Source of the DNA: Paraspadella gotoi
Taxonomy: Eukaryota > Animalia > Chaetognatha
Direction of reading: 5' to 3'
Assembly: GCA_051294375.1 (NCBI GenBank)
Contig: CM119271.1
Location: forward strand, 6,294,698-6,358,697
Length of the DNA stretch: 64,000 nt
Below the pieces are notes generated by a model. That model worked only from the letters and a program-made list of their open reading frames with translations, did no database searches and was not told the DNA's origin. The number at the start of each line of letters is the position of its first letter. Position 1 is the stretch's first letter. The position numbers were made by a program, and so were the translations under genes. Shown in pieces: positions 30,666 to 39,887 of this stretch.

Positions 30666-30950
30666 GAAAGGAAGACAAAAAACTATCGTCAAACGCGTTT
30701 AAAAGATTGAATAGGAACCGGAGAAAGTGAACGGACGAAATGAATAAGTAATTAAGTAATTAACGAAAGCGATGCATTTTTAATTAGTTAAATAGTCAAA
30801 GAAAAAAAATTTACATGGGATATAGATTGTGGAGATTGTTGAAAATGACAATAGACGTTGGACAAAGACAAGAAAATTGAAATTGAGGGATGTGAAGAAT
30901 ATCGGAAAGAAGAATTGAACACGGAAGGAGGAAAAATCAGGCCAAGGGAG

Positions 30951-31055
<105 letters not shown>

Positions 31056-31319
31056 CAATTAAAAGATCGATAAAAAATGGAGGAAGGATTTCATGTGCCA
31101 GACCGGAACTGTGGAGACTAATAGGGAAGCGAGTGGGAGGCTGAGAGAAGGCTGGGAAGGAACGGTGACTAGAGGAGGAGGAGGAGGAGGAGGAGGAAGA
31201 GGATGAGGAGGAGAAGGGAGGAGCAAGAACAGAAAAGAGTCGTGTGAAAAAAAGGATTAAAGGTGATAGCAAGGGGAAAGGAATGAGGTGGAAAGGGGGA
31301 GGAAGCGAGGAAGAAAGGA

Positions 31320-31665
31320 GAACTGGGACTTGGGGATTGAAGAAGGGCAGAGCAGGGATTGAAGATTAAGGGCAGAGGTGGGACTCGGGTAAAGGGGCGG
31401 GCTAGGGTTTGAAATTAAGGCCTCGAAGTGGAACGGGGAAGAAAGGGACCGGGGATTGAGATTAAGTGCTGAGGTGGAACTATGGAAGAAAGGGACCGGG
31501 GATTGAGATTAAGGCTGAGATGGAACCGGGGAAGAAAGGGACCGGGGAATGGAACCAAGGGCTGAGGAGGAACCAGGGAAGAAAGGGACCGTGGATTGGA
31601 ACTAAAGGCTGAGGTGGAAACGAGGGAAGAAAGGGGCCGGGGATTGAGATTAGAGGGCTGGAACC
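31320..31665 (-). repeat. ~48-bp minisatellite, possibly encoding a Pro-rich repeat on the minus strand
   Basis: Unit GGGAAGAAAGGGACCGGGGATTGAGATTAAGGGCTGAGGTGGAAC; spacing 31575 to 31623 is 48 bp; translates as PLISIPGPFLPSFPPQ. Confidence 0.75.
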
Positions 31666-32701
31666 AGTTTCGATTCTTGAGGAGTTAGATGAAGTGCAGA
31701 GGTCAAGGAAGAAAAGGAAAAGCGAAAGAAAAAAGATAATGATCAAGATGAGGAGGAGGAAGAGAACGACGAAAACGACGACGAAAACGACGACGAAGAC
31801 GGCGACAATCGAGAAAAAAAAAAGAATGAAACAATACAACTTTCTAACAACTTTTGACATGTAAGACTTATATGACTTATATGAAATTGGTACAACCAAT
31901 ATAATAATTATTCATTCATTTAATTAGAATAGAACAGATTAAATAGATTAAATAGAAAAGCTAAATTTGTTTCGGGTTTTTTTATTCACGCAAACACCGT
32001 CATCTTGCGACTAATACTATTAACGGAGGAGTAAAACTGCCATTTGTCTCTTGACCTATAGGAGAGTTCCATTCTGGTTCCGGCGGATTTTACTCTAGTC
32101 GCCGATCCGATTTCGATTCTTGAGCTTGAATCCTGTGCGATGAGATTTTTTAGCTTTGATTGAGATGCATCGACTTCGCCTTTTCTGGCTCGTGTCTACG
32201 ATTCCTCTCGGCTCTAAATGGCTTCGCTCGGGGGAAAAAAATAAATCCGTAAACCATCTAACATTTTCTCTATTACCTAACCCTGGTATTAACTCGGCTT
32301 TAGCAAGTACCCGCCTAATCCTACATACGACCTCTCAATGTCTCTTTAAAATTCCAAGTAAAAGTAACCCATCCATTTATTATGAAATTAAAAAGGCGAA
32401 TAGGATGCTGAAAGATTAGCGCAGCAAGAAGAGAAATCTCGCTTGTGATATTTAGCCCAAAATACATGCAAATAACTGACAATCTGTAACTCAGCTCTGC
32501 AAAGTAGTAATGAGTATCATAAAAATGAGAAGCAAAAGCAAAACTAGTGCCACGTCCAGACTGAACAAAATTTGATAGATTTAGTGGAACGCGATAAAAA
32601 GTCAGGTCGGAGCGCTCGAGAGAGAAGAGAGAGGAGAGAGTGAGAAGAGAGCGAGGATGAGACGACGACAGTGAGCGCGAGATGAGACGAGTGAAGAGAG
32701 A

Positions 32702-32783
<82 letters not shown>

Positions 32784-33136
32784 AGAGAGAAACGAAAAAA
32801 AAAAAACTGGCGGAAAGAATAAATGAGAACCACGAGACTTTGAGTGACGGTCAAGATTTTAGTCGTCGCTTTCTCGGTTTCTGTATTTTTGTCTGCGCAC
32901 GGCATAAGCGATACTAATAACTAAAGGGAAATTTACATTTACTTACACAATAATTAAAAAAAAATTAAAAATTATAAAAAATGGGGAAAAGGAAGATAAT
33001 ATTAAAAAAACTGGTGATAAAATTTATTTTAAATGTCAAGAGTCAAGACAATACCAAATAAAAATGATTATTTTTCCTAAAAAGATAAGTATATATAAAA
33101 ATCAAATACAAAGAAATACAGAATTCAGAAAAACAT

Positions 33137-33306
33137 AACGAGACTGTGAGAGAGTCTTGATTGAAAGCTTGCAGGGACCTGCTATGTCATTATCTTGTAA
33201 GAGTGATGGAGGCCTTAAACCACCAAAGCCTGTCCAAAGTCAAGGGCAAGATAGCTTATTTATTAAATGAATGGATAATTTTTATATTGGTTGTACCAAT
33301 TTCATA
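33137..33306 (+). repeat. Dispersed repeat family TTGATTGAAAGCTTGCAGGG...TTGGTTGTACCAATTTCAT
   Basis: Diverged copies at ~1881-1984, 8437-8557, 38704-38830 and 49595-49722; reverse fragment at ~31881-31905. Confidence 0.7.
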
Positions 33307-33910
33307 AATAATATAAATTAAGCCCAAATAGTATTTGGCCGAAAAAAATGTTTTAACATTTTTTAGCTTTAGTTATAAATCCATGTTTACAATTCGGCGA
33401 AGGTTATTTGTAAACTACAAGACCGAGATTTTGTAATAATACTTTAATATTCTGACATAATGGAACATTTTAATTTCAACATTTTAGTACGTTTACCCCC
33501 CCGCGTCTGCTTCGCGAATCGCCAGCTAATATTTATTCTAATAACCGGAGATTTCCTATCAATTATTCTTATCGGTCGCAGTCACGGAACTCGCCGTAGG
33601 ATTCACTCAGACCGAAGCTCAAATAAGAATTCGTCCAGACGAAGGCTTCCCTCAATACTAGTCAATAATAATATGACCATTACTGACAATCAACGAGCCG
33701 TCTTTTTTCTGTGCAGTTGTTAATCTGGAAATTAGCATTATGATGAAAATGTAAATCGCCTTTTATTCTGGACAATTCCATCTCTCTTTTGCAGCCTAAA
33801 AAATTTGTACTTAGCCCTAATTCTAATAAAAAAAATTTTCAATAAATATCTGAAAATAAAAGAATATAATAATATAATAATAATAATAATATAATAATAA
33901 AATAAATATA

Positions 33911-33962
33911 AGAAGTTGCGGATAGTACTATTCAGCCCCATTTAGGGCCTTATCCACATATC
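33911..33962 (+). mobile_element. 3' fragment of the SINE-like repeat just upstream of the VWC gene promoter
   Basis: AGAAGTTGCGGATAGTA..TTCAGCCC..TTAG.GCCTTATCCACAT matches 13253-13300. Confidence 0.55.
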
Positions 33963-34064
33963 TTTCAGCTCAAATAATCTAATTCTTTAATCAGTCTTCA
34001 ACATTGGTAAACAGATCCAAAAAAATCGGAGCAATCCTTTATTCAGCCGACTGATTTCCCTGCC

Positions 34065-34104
34065 TATAAAAAACTCACGCCAGCCGAATAATTTTTCTTT
34101 CAGA
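34065..34104 (+). promoter_or_regulatory. TATA box and probable initiator of the VWC gene
   Basis: CCTATAAAA (TATAAAA 34065-34071) lies about 30 nt upstream of TTTCAGA (~34098-34104) and 66 nt before the ATG; ATTAAA near 34899 is a candidate polyA signal. Confidence 0.65.
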
Positions 34105-34130
34105 CAAAGCTCTACTTTGAAAAGGTCGTC

Positions 34131-34847
34131 ATGACTTCCAAAATACTTTTTTTAACACTCTGTTTTTGCGGTAAGTGCCAAATATGTAGAAGAGAGAAAG
34201 AGAGACAATCATGAGAGATTTATTTATGATTTATTGATCAACTGCAATGCATCAGTTTGCTGTAACAACTCTCAAATCTTTATTTCCATATTCTTGTACG
34301 ATTATCTCCCCTATAGTTGTCTCCTCTGTTTGGGGAACGCTTCCAGAAAACAGCATGGATGTTTGCGGTAAGTGCAAGGGTACTACAAAGTTCCAGAATT
34401 TTTAGAACTACCATTTCTGGAGTCCACCAGAACTGATAATAATTTTTATATAATTTATATATAATATAATTCTAAACATTTTAAGACTGTACTTGTATGT
34501 TGAATGTTCCAAAACGAGTGGGCCGCCTATTTAAATATTACATGATCTCTACTAAACAGTCTCAGCATCGAAGGGCTTCACCTTTCGAATCGGATGCCAT
34601 TCGAAGTGCACCTGTGATGGCAATGGAGGCGTCGGTTGCACCTCCCTCTGTTCACCGTCAGTAATGGCACCGACCGACACCTGCACGCCAACGCAAATTC
34701 AGCCCTTTGGAGAATGCTGTCCCGTATGGATTTGCGAGGAGGTCAGATATGAAGCTTGAGATGTTGTTGTCTTTCATTTTGAAACTAATATTAATAATAT
34801 CTCTTTGTCCCCCAACTCTGTATTTTTTTTTCTCACAGAATCTTTAA
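34131..34847 (+). CDS. Secreted single von Willebrand factor type C (CCN-like VWC) domain protein; exons 34131-34170, 34317-34367, 34560-34741, 34839-34847 (or exon 3 read-through to TGA at 34759)
   Basis: Manual splicing: donors GTAAGT at 34171 and 34368, acceptors ctatAG (34316) and aaacAG (34559), all phase 1 and in frame. Protein MTSKILFLTLCFCVVSSVWG-TLPENSMDVCVSASKGFTFRIGCHSKCTCDGNGGVGCTSLCSPSVMAPTDTCTPTQIQPFGECCPVWICEE(NL* or VRYEA*). Hydrophobic signal peptide plus 10 Cys with CxC, GVGCxxLC and CCxxWxC motifs as in the CCN/CTGF VWC module. Confidence 0.88.
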
Positions 34848-35385
34848 CAACCTAATCTCCGCGTCCTAAACCACGTGCGAAAATATGCATGATTATAAAT
34901 TAAAAAGGTTTTTATCATAAACAAACTTGTATTCAAATTTTCAGGTTTTATAGGCCAGAAAGCTAATTGACATTAACGATATAAAACAAGTTAAAGCTAC
35001 GTGGTGATATTTAATAGTTAAGGATCATATCCTTGCTAAATAAGTATGTAGAACTATGTTAAATAGTTACCGACCCGTTTTTCCTCAGTATCCATAGGTT
35101 CTTTCCTAATGCGCTGATTGCCGCGACTGAGTATTGATAGCTCATTTGTACACGTACAGTACAAAAGTTACAAATGAATAAAACAATAAATCTTCGAAAA
35201 TAAATGATAAAGATCATGAAAAGGAATTCATTTAAACCGCCTGTAGCGTATAGTTTTCGGATGTATGTTCTGTCAAAGCGATACAAAATTATAATAAATT
35301 CATCACTGCGAGATATATCCTCAATTTCTAATAATTTTCTCACGCTTGACGGTTTCGCGAGCAAGCAAACAACGCTTGCAACGCT

Positions 35386-35423
<38 letters not shown>

Positions 35424-35566
35424 CATTGTAGTCATTACGTAAGGAAAAGGAGAAAATCAGCGCAAAGAAAAAAAAGAAAAAAAAAGAGGGGAAAATTTAT
35501 TCGTTCGGTTCGCTTTTGGCGGAAGAGAAGAAGTCAACCGCGAAAGTTTCGGACTGGCAGGAGGGA

Positions 35567-35611
<45 letters not shown>

Positions 35612-37345
35612 AACTGCCGCAGCAACGCCCCGAAATATGTGGTGGGATTTTGGAAAGGCGAGGCTTAAAACGGGAGTCGGGGGTAATGTGGATCGGAGAG
35701 GGGGGATACAATTTTGTGGTAGGGACTTTGGTTTTAGAGACTTGAACCAAAATTTTGGAGACAAGATTGAAAGTAGTTTCATCAAAAATCGGCGCTAATT
35801 CGCTACTTCGCCTACTTTTAAAAGCCCATATAACTCATGTAGTATAGTAGCAGGACAATGTGCAGGACAATGTGCAATGCGTAGTGTAAAATGAAACGCT
35901 GCATTTGTTTTATACTTTTGTAGTCACCTGATCACGAATAGGGTGCTGGAATGGACGGAAAGAAAGAAGGAAACGACGAGAAGAAGATCATCACCTCAAT
36001 TTAAGAATATAGGAAAAGAGGTTTTATTTAATAAGACACCAAGTTAAATAAATCGCCAACGAGTCAAAGAGTCAATTCTTTCATCTGAAATTTTATTGTC
36101 AGTAACTGAATTCCTTTTACGATGTGGATCAAATGTGGGGGAAAAGATAGTGATTACAATCGACTGCCCTCGTTAACTGTCGTCGCCGAGCGTTGTCTTC
36201 GACTGTTGGTTTCAAAGTCCGCATTGGCTTCACGGTCGCTATCTAAAGAGACATCTTCGTTGTCGTGGTCACTTTCATCTCGAAAATCGAATCTTACTGT
36301 ATTTTCTTTACCCCGAAGGAATTCTCTACTATTATTTCGCTTCCTTTTTTTCTTTTTTACAATCAACATCCAATCTCTCGCACTTTTTCAAAAGTTTTTG
36401 AGCTCAAAGGTTTCCGATCTTTTAAGTAAAGCCAGAGAGAAATCCCTCTATTCTCCTTTCCCTTTTGTTTTTTTTTTTTTTCCTCTCTCGACTCAATCAA
36501 GCGCACTGAACTCGCATTTCCTTCTATTTTATTCATCGGACTCGGACTTTTTCCTCGACGCGCGACACAAAACAAAAGCCGCCACAACGAGAAAAAGATT
36601 CCGGCTCCAAACTAGAAAGGCATATTTTGGTTTTCTGTTTTGCGCGAAGCAGAAATGGGGAGATATCGAGCGGATAATCGGGTAGGAAGAAGGTCAACGT
36701 TTCTTTTGGGCGGAGAGGGAAAGAGAGAAGCGCATATATATAATCCGATTTGCCTGTGGAAACTTAAATAATAATATGGAGTCTGCGATATTAACCGTTC
36801 TATGTTTTTTTTCTGTAATATCCAAACTTCGAAAGCTCATCTATTATTACCCACCTCTTTATCATTTCGTATCTCGTCGTCTGCGTAAGGATGCTAGAAG
36901 CGCAGAGCTGCTTCTTCCGCTCGCAGTATCAGGTTCGTTCATCATCAGATTCCATCTTTTCACGTGATAACCCTCAGGCAAACCATAACAACGACTTATT
37001 GTTCACTCTCACTATAAAGCCACACATCGCTATTCCCTTGTACTACAAGTTGTAGATCTATTGCCGCCAAACTGAGGTTTCCACGTTACATGGTATCCGT
37101 ATACTTTAAGATTTTCTTTATTGGGTTTTAAAAGTTTGGTTCTGGTCGAATTTTGGTTCTGTCGAATTTCCTCTTTTCAAGAATCTTTTTTGAACAAAAT
37201 TACGCTAGTTTTCAGAATGTTTTTTTTTTTTTAACCCTGGTCTTAACTGAGAGTGAGTGAGTATCGAAAGACAGAGTGAGCGTGAGAAATATGAAAAGCG
37301 AGAGATTCTCCTTACAATTTGTGTCATTTTTTATTCCTCCTTCAG

Positions 37346-37461
37346 GTGGAGACGTTGATTTGAATGGAGGCGGGATTCGTTATCACTTTGTCGTCGTCGT
37401 CAAGAAACCGGGACACGCCTACTTTTTCATCTCTTCGGAGACAAAAGACATTCATCTTTAG
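37346..37461 (+). CDS. Candidate coding exon (xGDVDLNGGGIRYHFVVVVKKPGHAYFFISSETKDIHL*)
   Basis: Strong acceptor ttttttattcctccttcAG with only the phase-1 frame open. Phase-compatible with a possible first exon 36776-36884 (MESAILTVLCFFSVISK..., donor GTAAGG, TATA-like ATATATAA ~36736). Confidence 0.3.
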
Positions 37462-37492
37462 AAATCAGCGTCGACCGCTGAGAAAAGAGAGA

Positions 37493-37566
<74 letters not shown>

Positions 37567-37721
37567 AGAGATAGAGATGAGAAGAGAGAGAGAGAGGAAA
37601 AACCGTCACAATCTTTTCCTCTTTCTTTTTTTAACCTCGATTTAGAAACTTGGTAATGGAAGGAAAGTGATTGGTTAAAAGAAGGGGGTACAGTGGGTAC
37701 TGGATAGGGATAAAAAAAGAC

Positions 37722-38533
37722 TTTTTTTATCAGCAGATCCCGATTCTATAATTCACTTTGTCGATCCGTCGGTCCGCCCACTCAATATTGTCGGGCACAC
37801 ACTTATATCATGTCAGAACATCGAAAAAAATGATGTATGTCTGTCCGTCTGTCTGTCTATCTGTCTTTCTGTCCGTCCGTCCGTCCGTCCCACCTTAACA
37901 AAAACACCAATTAATCGTGATTGGATGAATGGATTTAAATAAAATTTTGTGTGTGGGTAGGGAAGTGTGTGATGAGCTGGATATGAAGTTTCGATGGAAT
38001 CGTCTGAGTGGAAATGAGTTTAAATGGAAAAAACAAAAAAATATATTTCACTATTTGAACACCAATTGCTCATGAGTAGATGGGGCGATTACCTTGAATT
38101 TTGTATGTGGGTAGGAAAGTGTGTGATTAAGCTGGAAATCAAGTTTCGATGGAATCGTTTTAGTGGAAATGAGTTTAAATGGAGACAACAAAAAACATGT
38201 TTCACTAATTGATTATGCTTCTTTTCCTTTATATTAAATGTAAATGCAGGATGTATTAATTAATCAAATAATTAATCAATTAGGAAATTAATTAATCAAT
38301 AATTAATTAATAAGTCAATCAATCAAGTCAATCGTTATCGGCAGTATCACATCGTCGTCATTGCTTTGTCGTGGTTAGTGACGAAAAGACCTAAAAACAA
38401 ACATTTGGGATTAATTAATTAATTAATTACCTAATTAATTAATTAATTAATTAACTTGAATAATTTAAATATTAATTAATTAATTACCGATAATGATCGT
38501 GTACAGATCCGACATTGTTTGCTCAAACTTGTT
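37722..38533 (+). mobile_element. HINE-like element of the same family (duplicate ~48548-49421)
   Basis: Shares CAGCAGAT(C/T)CCG, TCCGTCGGTCCGCCC, (GTCC)n, GATGGGGCGATT..GAATTTTG..GTGGG and the 3' end GATCCG.CATTGTTTGCTCAAACTTGTT with 26231-26711; has an internal tandem duplication and (ATTA)n tracts. Confidence 0.65.
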
Positions 38534-39346
38534 AAGGGGGAAATTTAATTGATTTTTAAGTCAGTTTGTAAAAATGAAATTTGAAAGTCGGACGGAAATA
38601 TGAAATTGAGTGAAGGGATTTACATAATTAAAATGAAAATATATCAATTAAAATTATTAATAATATAATTATTATCAATATACCTATTATTATTTTTAAA
38701 ATAACGAGACTGTGAGAGAGTCTTGATTGAAAGCTGCATGCAGGGATCTGCAATGTCATTATCTGTAAGATCGATGGGGGCCTTAAAACACAATAAATAG
38801 ATACTTCTAAATTGGTTGTATCAATTTCATTAAATTTATCATATTGTATAAATTACAATTACAATTACAATTTGAGAATTGACGATTGATGAAGGAAAAG
38901 ATAATGAAGCGTGTAATTCCGCTTTAACAAACGATACATGAAAACAATAAGTATACAAAGTAAAATTATGTTTTAAATTAATACTACTTAATCAGAAGTA
39001 TTTCCACGTAACGTTTCAATTAAGCTAAAATAAAAAGATCTTTCGGCTCGAAACGAAGCCTCGCATCCAATCGATGAAAATGACGCCCGGGGAAAAAAAT
39101 CAGACGTTTTAAATTCCGAAATTCCTTCAGGATTTTTCTCTCCTCATTTTTTTTTATTACTTTTCAAAAGATCAATTTTATTCTCCCTCCATTTCTTCGA
39201 ATCGCACATCACAATTCTGTGACAGGCGACGTGAATAGAAATTCTCAATTTTCCACATTTTTTTCACATTTTTTCACATTCGCGGTTTCGGATAATTTTC
39301 ATTTCCCGGTGACGTCATCACGTCTGCGAAAAAAAAGTCCTATATT

Positions 39347-39431
<85 letters not shown>

Positions 39432-39690
39432 TTCTATTCTATTTCCGTTCCTCTCATCAATTCTATTTTAGTTTAGTTTTTATTTTTTAAAGTAGTATCA
39501 GTTTCTGTAAAGCAATTTCCTTCTTCTGAACTTTCAGCGTTTTTTTTGTAATTTTATTTTATGGAAACTGAGAGAGTGATTTTCTCTCCTTCACTTTCTA
39601 TGTCTACTGTGATGTTTTTCTTTTTTATGTAATAATAATTAAGTAACTTAAAGAGTTAAGTAAAGGAAATCTATTTTTCGTTCGTCTAAG

Positions 39691-39887
39691 CAAGTCGTGA
39701 TGTCCCAGCGAAGGCCGAGTCTCTAAGGATCCATCGTCTTTATTCCCCTCATAAACAAAAGTGCAATGAACTTTGGTGGCGGGCGCCGGCGGAAACTAGG
39801 AAGACGCGTCTAACTCTAAGAGCGACTACTACGTACAACAAATCCTGGCGGGAAAATGCCTCCGCTGAATACCATTATACGTATTAG
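39691..39887 (+). CDS. Candidate terminal exon encoding a Reeler-domain-like C-terminal segment (copies at 50588-50784 and 57933-58129)
   Basis: Acceptor tatttttcgttcgtctaAG is followed by a phase-1 frame open for 64 codons: xSRDVPAKAESLRIHRLYSPHKQKCNELWWRAPAETRKTRLTLRATTTYNKSWRENASAEYHYTY*. H..K...WxAP...xAT resembles the reelin/F-spondin reeler end (WIAPPAGTGCVNFMATAT). The frame is preserved in divergent copy 3. Confidence 0.45.

Noticed and set aside
35059-35388. 109-aa minus-strand ORF
   Set aside because: No recognisable domain, non-ATG start next to a microsatellite, and no clear splice support.
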